Below, in pieces: positions 20,035 through 29,815 of a stretch of DNA of 64,000 bases (the stretch's first letter is position 1; each line of letters opens with the position of its first letter). The position numbers were made by a program, and so were the translations under genes. Under the pieces are notes generated by a model, which had not been told where the DNA came from, searched no databases, and worked only from the letters and a program-made list of their open reading frames with translations. The stretch lies in NCBI GenBank assembly GCA_041690135.1, contig JAWLHY010000002.1:1040342-1104341 (forward strand), written 5' to 3'. The DNA is from Armatimonadota bacterium (GTDB lineage Bacteria; Armatimonadota; SYMT01).

Positions 20035-20613
20035 ATGAACCCCCTTTCGCGCGTCCTGGACGACACCCTCCGTCGCCTGCAGCTCACCGATGCGGCGGAC
20101 GAGGCTCGCGCCGTCATGCTCTGGCCGGAGATCGTCGGCCCGCAGTTGGCGCGGATCAGCGAGCCTAAAACCTTTCACAACGGCACGCTGGTGGTGATGG
20201 TCCGCAGCAGTTCCTGGAATCAGGAGTTGACCTTCCAGAAGGCCGGCATCGTGCAGAAGTACCGCGCGCGGATGGGGAAGCCCTTCGTCCGGGACCTGCG
20301 GTTCGTGGTCGGCAAACTGGGGGGCTTGAGTGTCCAGGAAACCCACGCGCCCCCCGAGGCGGAGGTGCGCCGGATTCGGCTGTCCCCGGAGGACCTCGAG
20401 GAGATCCGCCTCGCCTCCGAGTGCGACGATCCGGAGCTGGGCCAGGCAATCCGCCGCGCCCTTACCCACGAGGCGCAGATCCGCCAATGGCGCCTCAAGC
20501 ACGGCGCCCGCGAATGCACCCAATGCGGCGCCGCTCACCGCACTCCGCACTCCATCTGCCCCGCCTGCCGCGTCGACCGCGTCGAAGGCCAGGGCGTCCT
20601 CGGCGACCCGTAA
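20035..20613 (+). CDS. DUF721/DciA-family protein with C-terminal Zn ribbon
   Basis: WPEIVGPQLA..S.P....GTLVV.V.SSSWNQEL, DLRF; CTQC...CPAC. Confidence 0.85.
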   Translation: MNPLSRVLDDTLRRLQLTDAADEARAVMLWPEIVGPQLARISEPKTFHNGTLVVMVRSSSWNQELTFQKAGIVQKYRARMGKPFVRDLRFVVGKLGGLSVQETHAPPEAEVRRIRLSPEDLEEIRLASECDDPELGQAIRRALTHEAQIRQWRLKHGARECTQCGAAHRTPHSICPACRVDRVEGQGVLGDP

Positions 20614-20654
20614 CTCCATCCCCCGCCGCATCTGAGTCGGCACGCGCCCAGCCA

Positions 20655-21445
20655 ACCCAACGATGGGAACCGAACTGTAGGGGCTTCGGCCCTGGTTGCC
20701 CTCGCCCTGTGCCCGATCAGTGCCCGCAATGGGGTGCACCACCAACCATACCACCGCCGTCAGACCGAAACGTTCCCGCCGACCGTGCGAAGGACGCGTA
20801 GGGGCACCGGCCCTGGTTGCCCTCGTCCTGTGTCAGATCACCAAGTGCAATACCGCACGCCACCAAGCACATCGCCGCCGTTGGACCAAACCGTAGTCGC
20901 CTTGTCCCTTTACTCGCGCACCCCGCATCCGCCTCCCGTGCTGACCACCATCCACCATGTGGGAGTCGGGACGATATGAGGCCTGTGCAAGTACCTGGTC
21001 GGGTACGGTTAAGCATAGCAAGGCCGCGCAAGCGCCGTCACTCCGGCAAACTTCGCTGACCTGAGTGGAGAAACAGGATCCTACTTAGCGGCCAAAACTG
21101 TTCCGACAGTTCCCAAGCCCCTCCGTCCGGTGTCTCGCGACCTTGGCCCCCACCTCCCGTCCCGACAAATCAGCGGCCGTCCAGGGCCTCCGTGTGGAAT
21201 CGCCGATTGCATCGGCGCCTGGCGATCCTGCCTCCGCCACCCGTCTTGCCATCCCCAACATACCCCAACCATGGGAACCGAAATGTAGGGGCACCGGCCC
21301 TGGTTGCCCTCGTCTTGGGTCAGATCAGCGCCTGCAAAACCGCACGCCGCCATGCACCCCACCACCGTTGGACCAATCCGTAGCCGCCTCTGATTCCCTT
21401 CCCACGTGCACCCCGCCTCCGCCTCCCGTGCTGACCACCAACCTC
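20655..21445 (+). repeat. Cluster of three GTAG-type REP-like units (GTAGGGGCACCGGCCCTGGTTGCCCTCG) with shared long flanks
   Basis: Copies at ~20677, 20798 and 21285; downstream CGTTGGACCAA.CCGTAG and CCGCCTCCCGTGCTGACCACCA shared by copies 2 and 3. Confidence 0.8.
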
Positions 21446-21464
21446 CAACCAACACCGTCCCCCT

Positions 21465-21505
21465 GGCAAAACAAAAGGGACGCCCCCGTCCGGGGCGTCC
21501 CTTTA
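21465..21505 (-). terminator. Rho-independent terminator of the gsp operon
   Basis: Minus strand AAAGGGACGCCCC-GGACG-GGGGCGTCCCTTTTGTTTT, ~40 nt after the gspD stop. Confidence 0.85.
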
Positions 21506-21541
21506 GCTTGGGTTGAATCGTAACCGCCGATTTCGCGCCGG

Positions 21542-23818
21542 TTACTTCTCGTCGCGCTTCCGCCGGATGTCCGCCGGGTTGATGTCCAGCGGCCGGACGA
21601 ACGGCGCTTCCAGCTTCTGGAGCGGATCGATCTGCAGGCGGCCCCGCTCGTAGTCCCGGATCTTGTCCGCGTCCTGGAAGTCCGTCACGATGTGCGGCGT
21701 CAGGAAGACCACCAGCTCCGTTCGCCCCTTGGACTTCACGGTGTTGCGGAACAGGTTGCCCAGGATCGGGATGTCGCCCAGGATCGGCACCTTCTGGATG
21801 CGCCGCTGCTCTTCGTCGCTGATGATGCCGCCCAGCACCACCGTCTGGTCATTCTGCACGATCACCGTGGTACCCGCGCGCCGGCTGGTGGTGCGGGGCG
21901 CCACCTGGTTCGGTCCCACGTTGATGAACTCGATCAGGGAGTTCACCACCTGGTCGATGTCCATCATGATGTGCTTGCCGGGCGAGATGTGCGGGGTCAC
22001 GTTGAGCGTGATCGCCACGTCCTGGAAGTCGACCGAAGTCTGCGCCACGCCCTGGGTAATCGTGGTCTCACCGGCGTAGGGAATCCGCTCGCCGATGGAG
22101 ATCAGGGCCGGGCTGTTGTCGGTCACCAGCACGTGTGGCGTGGAGACGATCCGAACCTTGTTGTCGGTCTTCAGGGCCTGCAGGGTGGCCTGGAAGTTCT
22201 CGCTCAGCACGCTGTACCGGAACCCGGTGGTATCCGCGGTGGGGGAGGTCAGGCCGAAGTTGGTGCCGAAGGCGCTGGTGCCGGCCACCGCGTTCCACTC
22301 GATCCCGAACTTCGTCTCGTCGTCCAGGGTGATGTCGGCGATGATGACCTCGATGAACACCTGCGGCAGGCGACGGTCGAGACCTTCATCCTCGCGGAGC
22401 AGCTCTTCGATAACGGCGAACGTCTGGGCCGGCCCGCTGATCAGGAGCTGGTTCGTCTGGTCGTTCGGCACGATCGTTACCTGGCGCAGGAGGTCCAGCG
22501 GGCTACCCGGTGGGATCTGATTCCGGCCGGCCCCGAAGAGGCTGAACCCGAAGCCGCCCTGCTGCTGCGTGCCCAGGAAGAGGTTGCGGAGGGTGGTGGC
22601 CACCTCGCTGGCGATGGCGTTCTTCAAGCTGAACACCCGTACCACGTCCTTCACCTGCGACGGGCGGTCGAGCTGCTTCACCAGCTTCTCCAGGTTCTCG
22701 ATGCCGTCGATCGGCGCGGTTACCACGAGGCTGTTGGTCCGCACGTCGGGCACCACCCGGTAGTCCTGCAGACCGCGCTCGTTATTGCTGCCGCCTCTAC
22801 CGAAACCGAAGAAGCTAAAGCGGCCACCCGTGGCGTTGGGGTCCAGCACCTGGTTGAGCTGCTCGGCCAGCCCGGTCGGGTCGGCGTACTCCAGCTCGAT
22901 GATGCGGTACTCGGTGCGCGGCGCCAGGTTCACGTCGATCTGCTCGATGATCGACTTAACGCTCTTGATGTTGGCGGGGTTCGCATACACCAGCAGGGCG
23001 TTGGCCCGCTGGTCGGCGGCGAACCGGACGCGCCCGCGGAGTTGGGAAAGGGCCCCCGGCTGCTGCGCCTGCGGCTGGTTGCGATCGCCTCCCTGAGGCT
23101 GGGCGCGGTTCTCGTCCGGCCGGAAGAGCTCCGTCATATAGCGGGAGACCTCCGAGGCGTCCGCGTACTGGAGCTTGATCACCTCCAGGTTCACCTCATC
23201 GGAGATGTCGCGGTCCACGTGCGCGATCAACTGCGCCATCCGGCGCACGTTATCGGCCTCGTCCACCACGATCAGCGAGTTGGTGTCGGCATTTGCCATG
23301 ATCACCCCGCCGCCCGCCGCGAACAGCGGTTGGAGGTCGGTGCGGAGCCGGGCGGCATCCACGGTGGTGAGCGGGAAGATGTGGGTGATGATCTCCTTGC
23401 CTTCCGGGATGCCCGCCAGGTCCTTGCCGGCGGTCACCTTGGTGCTCCGCTTCCGGAGCGCTTCCGGCGTCGTCGTGACGATCAGGGCGTCCTCGGTCGT
23501 GACGAGGGCGAATCCCTTGAGGGAGAGGATCGTCTGGACCAGCTTGATGGCGTCGAGGACGGAGATCTGGTTCTGGTTGCGGATGGTCACCGTCGTGCTG
23601 ACGGTTGGGTCCTTGAAGATGATCTTGCCGCTGGCGTCGGCCAGGAACCGCAGCACGTCATCGATATCCGCCTGCTGGAAGCTGAAGGCGATGCGCTGGT
23701 TCGGATCGGCCTTCTTGGGCACGATCACCGTGGTCGCCTGGGCGCCCGCGGGGCGCGAGACGACCACACCCCCTACGGCGATCGCCAGGGAGGCGAGAAG
23801 TATTACGTATCGTTTCAT
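21542..23818 (-). CDS. gspD: Type II secretion secretin GspD
   Basis: Signal peptide, FSFQQADI N0 domain, repeated N domains (DADTNSLIV, DVRTNSLVV), PQVFIEVII, TPHVLVTDN, KVPILGDIPILGNLF, TELVVFLTPHIV. Confidence 0.95.
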   Translation of the reverse strand: MKRYVILLASLAIAVGGVVVSRPAGAQATTVIVPKKADPNQRIAFSFQQADIDDVLRFLADASGKIIFKDPTVSTTVTIRNQNQISVLDAIKLVQTILSLKGFALVTTEDALIVTTTPEALRKRSTKVTAGKDLAGIPEGKEIITHIFPLTTVDAARLRTDLQPLFAAGGGVIMANADTNSLIVVDEADNVRRMAQLIAHVDRDISDEVNLEVIKLQYADASEVSRYMTELFRPDENRAQPQGGDRNQPQAQQPGALSQLRGRVRFAADQRANALLVYANPANIKSVKSIIEQIDVNLAPRTEYRIIELEYADPTGLAEQLNQVLDPNATGGRFSFFGFGRGGSNNERGLQDYRVVPDVRTNSLVVTAPIDGIENLEKLVKQLDRPSQVKDVVRVFSLKNAIASEVATTLRNLFLGTQQQGGFGFSLFGAGRNQIPPGSPLDLLRQVTIVPNDQTNQLLISGPAQTFAVIEELLREDEGLDRRLPQVFIEVIIADITLDDETKFGIEWNAVAGTSAFGTNFGLTSPTADTTGFRYSVLSENFQATLQALKTDNKVRIVSTPHVLVTDNSPALISIGERIPYAGETTITQGVAQTSVDFQDVAITLNVTPHISPGKHIMMDIDQVVNSLIEFINVGPNQVAPRTTSRRAGTTVIVQNDQTVVLGGIISDEEQRRIQKVPILGDIPILGNLFRNTVKSKGRTELVVFLTPHIVTDFQDADKIRDYERGRLQIDPLQKLEAPFVRPLDINPADIRRKRDEK

Positions 23819-23859
23819 GCGTGAGCTGATGATCAGGTTGGCAGTTTGGGTCGAAGCGA

Positions 23860-25056
23860 TTAGCGGCCGTAGGACAGGGACCGGCTGCTGGAACTGGAGT
23901 TGCGACCCCGCGAGTTGGTGTCTTGTCCGAATGTCAGGCCGGAAGTGTTGCCGCTGCGCCGCGTGGTCTGTGGATTGGTAATGGGTTGGGGCGCCTCCTG
24001 AGCCTGGCTGCCGCTGCTCAGTCGGGCCCCGTTCCGGCGCGCCGTCTGCGGGTTGGAGGTGGAAGTCGCGCCTGCGGAGGTGAACTGGCTGGAACTGCGG
24101 CTGCTGCCGCCGTATCCGCCGAAACCGCCGAACCCTCCAAAGCCGCCGTAACTCGAGCCGTAGCGGGATCCGCTATAGCGAGAGCTGCTGTACCGGGAGC
24201 TGTCCCGGCCCCGGTCGTCGTCCCGGCCCCGGTCACTGCTGGAGCTATAGCTGCTGCTACGGTAGCTGCTGCCGCGGTCGCTGCCCCGGTCTCCCCAACT
24301 TCCGCCGGAGGAGCCGAAGCGGCTGCGGAAGGCCGCCATCCGGCTGGCGAAGTCGCCTCCGCCAAAGGGAGAGCCGCCGCCGGGAAATCCGCGGAAGCCG
24401 TCGCGCCCCCGTTCGCCGCGCTCTCCGCCGCCGAACGGGTTGAATCCGCCTTCCTCACCCGTACCGCCGTCGGACGAGGCCGCCGCATAACTGGTAGCCA
24501 GTTGCTTCTCACCCAGGCGCAGTTGGTACTCATCGCTGCCCCGAGCCAGGGTAACGGCGTCGGCGCCGATTTTGCGGACCGTAAACCCGAAGGCCGTCCC
24601 GCCTACCGGGACCACCTCGCGCTGCTGGTTGGTCAGGTCGACCAGCCACGCCTGATCGGTCTCGTCCTCGCGGGTGAGGCCGAACAGGACCAGGTTCTTC
24701 ACCGGATCCTCGGGAGCGGCCGGAGTGGGGGCTGGGCTCGGTGAGGGAACCGGAGCTCTCTGGGGGCGCTGGGATGAGTTCGCGGCAACACTACGGGCAA
24801 GACCCGCCTGCGAACTCGCTCGCGGCTGGTCCACGTGTGCCGCCGGGGTGCGCCGCGCGGGCCGTCCCGCGGGTGCGGTGAGTGGCGCCGCCTCGGCCGA
24901 AACCGCCTCGAGCCGTTCCGCAAGCTCGCGGATCTGCCGGGGGTCCGTCCCTTTGTATTCGGGTTGGGACATGAACAGGTTACCGGCCCAGGCAACCCCG
25001 GCGCAAAGGATGCCGGCGGAAGCCATCAGGGCGATCTGGGGAGGCAGGCTGCGCAT
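23860..25056 (-). CDS. GspC/PilP-like membrane-anchored protein with a long G/S/R/Y low-complexity tail
   Basis: N-terminal TM, LVLFGL...AWLVD....VGGTAFGFTVRKIGADAVTL beta module; position within the gsp operon. Confidence 0.6.
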   Translation of the reverse strand: MRSLPPQIALMASAGILCAGVAWAGNLFMSQPEYKGTDPRQIRELAERLEAVSAEAAPLTAPAGRPARRTPAAHVDQPRASSQAGLARSVAANSSQRPQRAPVPSPSPAPTPAAPEDPVKNLVLFGLTREDETDQAWLVDLTNQQREVVPVGGTAFGFTVRKIGADAVTLARGSDEYQLRLGEKQLATSYAAASSDGGTGEEGGFNPFGGGERGERGRDGFRGFPGGGSPFGGGDFASRMAAFRSRFGSSGGSWGDRGSDRGSSYRSSSYSSSSDRGRDDDRGRDSSRYSSSRYSGSRYGSSYGGFGGFGGFGGYGGSSRSSSQFTSAGATSTSNPQTARRNGARLSSGSQAQEAPQPITNPQTTRRSGNTSGLTFGQDTNSRGRNSSSSSRSLSYGR

Positions 25057-25068
25057 CGTAGGGTCCTC

Positions 25069-25953
25069 CTACTTCTTCTCGGCCTCGGCGCGGGAAGTCA
25101 TGAACTTCTTCAACCGCTCGTACCGATCCGGCTCCAATTGGGCTTTGATCTCTTCCAGCTTCTTCAGGCGCTCCGTCCAGGTGGGCAGGCTGAACAGGGA
25201 AGCGGTGGTGAACCCGCCTTCCGAGCCGCGCTCTTCCCGGCGTTCGCCGCGGTCTCCCCGGCCGAAGCTGCCGCGGTCCCGGCGATCCCCGCCGCCGCTG
25301 AACCCGGATGCCGAGGCCACGCTGGTGCTGCCCGGTCCCTCGATGGCGACCGCGGTGCTCATGGCAAGCTTTTCCGTCTTGCCGTCGCGCGAAAGGGAGA
25401 CCTCACTCTCCTGGATTTCTTCGATCTTGAATCCGTAGGCGTCCTCGCCTTTGGCCAGGTAGCGGCTCTCTCCCGTCGAAGTCCGCTTCAGCAGGACCTT
25501 GGTCTCGTTGTCCAGTTGCACTACGCCGAGCATTTGGAGGTCCGCCAGGCCGGTGGCGGTGGGTGTCGGGGTGGGTGTTGGAGTTTCGGTGGATGCGGCG
25601 GGGGAGTTGCTGCCCGAAGTGGGCGCGTTCGACGCCGGGGGAGTGTTCGTGATCGGAGGCAGGACCGGCGCCGTGGCGAGCGAACCCCCCCGCGCCCGGG
25701 GATCCTTGCGCGCGACCAGCGGCGTGAACAACTCGCGCACCTGGGGCCGGCCCACGAAGGCGAGCAGTTCGGGAGCCGTAGCCGCACGGCGGCCCTCCGC
25801 ACGCCCGTCTTCCGTGTTCCGGGCGAGTGGTTTCGCCAGTGGCGGTAAATCGGCGGGCTTCGCCAGCAGTTGCGCCCCCACCAGCAGCACCACCGCTCCA
25901 CCGGCGGTGGCCAGGAGGACTCCTTTCAGGTTCATCGGCTTGTTCCCGGCCAT
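25069..25953 (-). CDS. GspC/PilP-like protein (paralogous module to the neighbour)
   Basis: TM, RELFTPL, LQMLGVV....VLLK.....YLAKGEDAYGFKIEEIQESEVSL. Confidence 0.6.
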   Translation of the reverse strand: MAGNKPMNLKGVLLATAGGAVVLLVGAQLLAKPADLPPLAKPLARNTEDGRAEGRRAATAPELLAFVGRPQVRELFTPLVARKDPRARGGSLATAPVLPPITNTPPASNAPTSGSNSPAASTETPTPTPTPTATGLADLQMLGVVQLDNETKVLLKRTSTGESRYLAKGEDAYGFKIEEIQESEVSLSRDGKTEKLAMSTAVAIEGPGSTSVASASGFSGGGDRRDRGSFGRGDRGERREERGSEGGFTTASLFSLPTWTERLKKLEEIKAQLEPDRYERLKKFMTSRAEAEKK

Positions 25954-26532
25954 TTACCCCTTCGCCTCTCTCTTGGACTTTTGCTGGATCACGACCGCGT
26001 AGCTCGCGATCACCATGGATCCCTGAATCTTAGACTTAGACGTCTCGTCCGTGCTGGCGGTGATGGAAAGTCTTTCGACCTTCAACTGCGGACGCGCCGC
26101 CTCCAGCTCACTCAGAAAGTCGTGGAGTGCTTCGAGCGATCCGGAGAACTGGAGCGAGACCGCACTGCGCTGGTAGCTCTCCTCACGCCGTGGCGTCATC
26201 CCTTCCACCCGGCTGACGGCGAGGCGGGCGTAGGCGGGAAGCGACTCCACCTGGATCTGCATGCGCGGGGTCTGCTCGTTCAGTGCGTGCGGGTCCGGGT
26301 AGATCGTCGCCTTCTCCTCCAGCTTTCGCATCGCCTGGACGGCGTCGGCGGCGTCCTTAACCCCGTCGTCGATCTCCCGGATCTTCGCTTCCTTCGCCCG
26401 AATGCCATCCTCAAGACTCTGCCAGTAGTCCATCGCCGGGAAGCCGGCGACCATCAGGAAGCCGATGGCGCCGAGACTGATCGCCAGGAAGCGCAGGGCG
26501 CGGCGATCGTTTTCCGAAAGGTTGGCCATCAT
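25954..26532 (-). CDS. gspM: GspM/PilO-like inner-membrane protein
   Basis: LSENDRRAL + TM + coiled coil + LQFSGSLEALHDFLSELE; ATGA overlap with the upstream gene. Confidence 0.75.
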   Translation of the reverse strand: MMANLSENDRRALRFLAISLGAIGFLMVAGFPAMDYWQSLEDGIRAKEAKIREIDDGVKDAADAVQAMRKLEEKATIYPDPHALNEQTPRMQIQVESLPAYARLAVSRVEGMTPRREESYQRSAVSLQFSGSLEALHDFLSELEAARPQLKVERLSITASTDETSKSKIQGSMVIASYAVVIQQKSKREAKG

Positions 26533-28091
26533 TGGCGGGCCCCCGTTCGCGTGCTCCGGCGGCGGCTGCGCTTGACTTCCTCCGGCCGCAGCCGGCAAGT
26601 CATCTGGAAGCCCCACACCGGAACGCTGTTGATCGCCTCTTCCGTCTGGTAATCAAGGGTTACTTCGTCGAACAACGGCTTGTTTTCTCGTCTCTGGCGC
26701 AGGAGGGCAATCACGGCCCGCTGGGGACCGCTGGGGTGCAGGGAATAGCCCCGGATCACACTGCCCGTTCCCGCGTTGTAGCTAAGTTCCGCCAGCCAGG
26801 TACCCTCGGGCAACTGGCGACTGAGAGTGGCGATCAGGTGAGCCGCCGGTACTCTTGCGGCTGCCTGCGCCTGCACCGCTTCATCGGCTGCCTTCAGATC
26901 CGCGGGCGACATCAGGGCCGCCGCAGAGATGCCCCGCCGCTCCGCCAGTTGCTGGTCGAGGTAGGCCAGCTTGCGATTCTGCTGGGACACGGCGCCGGCG
27001 AACACGAGACCCACCGCCGCCACCGCCGCGCCGGCGAGTGCTCCCCAGGAAATGCGGGTCTGGCGTCGCTGCTCGATCTCTCGTGCCACGGTGACCCGAG
27101 CGGGGGTGAGATTGAGCGAGATCACTGCCGCGCCGGCCGCCTGGAGCGCGCAGCCGTAGGCCACGGCAAACAGGCCGCTCTCCCCGCCGTCTCCCGTGCT
27201 CGCCGCGGCCGGCGCGCCCAGGATCGTGGGGGTGAGGTCGAGGCGGTCGGCCAGATGCCACTCGGCTCCGCTGCGGGTCGCTCCCTCACCGCATAAGTAG
27301 AGACGCTGGACGGTCAGCCCTCGTTCATAAGAAAGCGCCTGGAGGGCGAAACGCACGGGCTGTGCCACGGAAGCGATCCAGCCGGGCGCGGTTAGGGACG
27401 AGGGCGCCGTGGCGATTGCCGCCCCGCCGCTACTGGCCACTCCGGCGCCTACCGGCGTCCGCTCGGCTTCCGCCGCCGCGTGGGCTTCGCCGCAGCCTGC
27501 GGAGAAGAATTGGGTGGTCACCACCTTGCCGCGCTCCAGGACGAGCAACTCGCTGCTGTCGCGCTCGATGCGGAGCACCGCGCAGGTGTCGTCCCGCTCC
27601 GAAGACGGCAGGGTCTGGATCAGGCTCACGAGCGAGGCGGCGGTAACGGTTACCTGGGCCGAGAGCCACGGCATGCAGTTGACCCGCCGTAGGGCCTCCT
27701 GCACCGTGGTGAGCCGGGCGGCGGCCACCAGCACTTCCAGTCGCGATTGCTCGTTCATTCCCAGGACGTGGTGGGAAAGCGCGAGCTCCTCTCCCGAGAG
27801 GGGCATGGCCGATTCTGCTTCCAGCGCTACCACCCGGTCCAGGTTGTCTTCCGTGGTCGGGGGAAGACTCAGGATCCGAACGGCGGCCTTCTCCAGCGGA
27901 ATCGCACACACGACCGCGGCGGGTCGGCGGGGGAGGGCGCGCAGCACGCGGGTGAGCTCCTCCGCGCTGTGGACCGTCCGCGCGGTGTGCAGCGTATGCC
28001 CGGCGGGGTCCGCCTCCGCGTTCTCCAGCACGGCGAGGCGCATCTCCTCCCCGGCCAGCTCAATGCCTATAGTAAGCCTGCTTTTAGCCAT
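26529..28091 (-). CDS. gspL: GspL / PilM-PilN fusion-like protein
   Basis: IGIEL actin-like start, VRILSLPP, VLVAAA, LYLCGEG, AYGCAL...LNL, then TM and PilN-like LPEGTWLAEL. Confidence 0.75.
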   Translation of the reverse strand: MAKSRLTIGIELAGEEMRLAVLENAEADPAGHTLHTARTVHSAEELTRVLRALPRRPAAVVCAIPLEKAAVRILSLPPTTEDNLDRVVALEAESAMPLSGEELALSHHVLGMNEQSRLEVLVAAARLTTVQEALRRVNCMPWLSAQVTVTAASLVSLIQTLPSSERDDTCAVLRIERDSSELLVLERGKVVTTQFFSAGCGEAHAAAEAERTPVGAGVASSGGAAIATAPSSLTAPGWIASVAQPVRFALQALSYERGLTVQRLYLCGEGATRSGAEWHLADRLDLTPTILGAPAAASTGDGGESGLFAVAYGCALQAAGAAVISLNLTPARVTVAREIEQRRQTRISWGALAGAAVAAVGLVFAGAVSQQNRKLAYLDQQLAERRGISAAALMSPADLKAADEAVQAQAAARVPAAHLIATLSRQLPEGTWLAELSYNAGTGSVIRGYSLHPSGPQRAVIALLRQRRENKPLFDEVTLDYQTEEAINSVPVWGFQMTCRLRPEEVKRSRRRSTRTGARQ

Positions 28092-28099
28092 TAGACTGT

Positions 28100-29809
28100 C
28101 TAATTATCCTGTCGCAACCGCGCGATGCGGCAGCGGCCGGTGCTGCGGTCGATGACCGCCGTAAGATGCACCGCGATATCGCGCGGCACGGTGAACCCTT
28201 CGGGGGTGCGGGCCACGCCCAGTGCCCGCACGGTGAAACTGTCGCTGATGACGGTGACTCTTTCAATGACGGCGTTGAAGATCGCGGGGGTCACTTCCTG
28301 CACGAGTAGCAGGTCGCCGCGGCTCATGAACGGGGCGGACTCCCGGCGAGCCACAATGGCCTGAACGATCTCCTCTGTCATCTGCGGCAGGGTGATCAAC
28401 ACTTCCGCCGGCGCGGTGTTGAGGTTGACCGCGCCTTCCATCGGTTCCGGCGCCTCGCCGGTGGCCGCTCCGGTTTCCGCCGAGCCGGTCTCCGGGGCAC
28501 CTCCTGGCGGATTTGTCCCGGTCCCTCCGGGAGGGGTTCCCGGTGCCTGGGCCAGGCGAATGCCGAAGCCGGCGCCCGATGCCGGATAGGCAGAGGGCAC
28601 GATCTCGAACTGCAACTGCTGGCTTCGGGGCCCACCTCCGCCGCCGCCAGGACTACCTCCACCGGGTTGGCCGCCGCCCGGCCGTCCGCCACCGCCGCCC
28701 GGCCGCCCGCCGCCCCCCGGTTGACCGCCGCCTCCACCGGGTCCGCCGGTCCCGCCGCTACCGCCTGCCTGATCCCCACCCTGGCCGGTAGCGGAGGTCG
28801 CTCCGTCGTTCGGCAGGGTCAGCACATCCGCGAGCAGGCGGACCGCATCCCGGTTGTTGTTGACGGCCCCCCAGACCTGGGACCAGTTGTTCACATTCCG
28901 GTTGCCGGCGATGCGCACGGCAGCATCAACGGGGTTACCCCCCGCCGGTGCTGCCTGTCCCCCCTGCTGCCCGGGCTGCGCCGGCTGGGGGGTGGTGGTG
29001 CCCGCGGCGGATTCGCCGGAGAGGATCTCGTAAACCGCCTCGAGCCGCTCCTGAAGCACTTCCCGCTCGAGCCCGTCCATCTGGAGGCGAGGCTGGCCGT
29101 CCGCGGCGATGTGCCGGGCGCGGGCGCCGACGGTCAACCGCTCGGAGAGCAGGGGCATCTCTTCCGTCGCTTCGGTCTGCTGGGCGGCGGCGTTCTGTAA
29201 TTGTGCCCAGTCGCGGCGGAACTGCTCCGCGGGGCTGAAGCGCTCGTTCCAGTTAGCGGTACCGTAGAGGAGATCGGGGGTGAAGGTCTCCAGGGTCAGC
29301 AGGTCGCTCAATGAGCGGAACAGAGTTTGGGAGGTGGTCTCCGTCGCGGTTTCGGACGTCGTTTCCCCGGTCGCTCCGGCCGTGCGGTAATCCAGGATCG
29401 CCTGCACCTGTTCTTCCGAGAGGTCGGTGATCTTGGCCAGCTCCTCCTCCGTGGCCTCATTGAGGTCCACGCGGGAGCAGTTGTCGGTGGCAAGCACCAT
29501 GTACTGGTATTGCTCCGCCTCTGGGGAAATCAACTCGTCGTCCGAGTTGAGCGTTTCCCAGGTCTGGCCCGGCGCGGTGTAAAACTCGGTCGGCTCGTCC
29601 AGTTCGGCCGCCAGCCGCTCGATGCCGGAAAGCGCCGAGTAATAGGCGCGCGCCTGGCTATCGGACATGCTGGTGCCCTGCGTCGCCATCTGGGTATCGT
29701 AAGCCAGTCCCAGGGAGACGACCACCAGGATCACGAGCAACCAGAGCACGACGGCCAGGACGGCCCCACGGCGGCGTATGCGGTTGTGACGGGACGTTCT
29801 GGCGTGCAT
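28100..29809 (-). CDS. gspK: Minor pseudopilin GspK with G/P-rich insert
   Basis: RRRGAVLAVVLWLL, ARAYYSALSG, RVDLNEA, VNLNTAPAEVL HhH, TVISDSFTVRALG. Confidence 0.85.
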   Translation of the reverse strand: MHARTSRHNRIRRRGAVLAVVLWLLVILVVVSLGLAYDTQMATQGTSMSDSQARAYYSALSGIERLAAELDEPTEFYTAPGQTWETLNSDDELISPEAEQYQYMVLATDNCSRVDLNEATEEELAKITDLSEEQVQAILDYRTAGATGETTSETATETTSQTLFRSLSDLLTLETFTPDLLYGTANWNERFSPAEQFRRDWAQLQNAAAQQTEATEEMPLLSERLTVGARARHIAADGQPRLQMDGLEREVLQERLEAVYEILSGESAAGTTTPQPAQPGQQGGQAAPAGGNPVDAAVRIAGNRNVNNWSQVWGAVNNNRDAVRLLADVLTLPNDGATSATGQGGDQAGGSGGTGGPGGGGGQPGGGGRPGGGGGRPGGGQPGGGSPGGGGGGPRSQQLQFEIVPSAYPASGAGFGIRLAQAPGTPPGGTGTNPPGGAPETGSAETGAATGEAPEPMEGAVNLNTAPAEVLITLPQMTEEIVQAIVARRESAPFMSRGDLLLVQEVTPAIFNAVIERVTVISDSFTVRALGVARTPEGFTVPRDIAVHLTAVIDRSTGRCRIARLRQDN

Positions 29810-29815
29810 TCCTGG

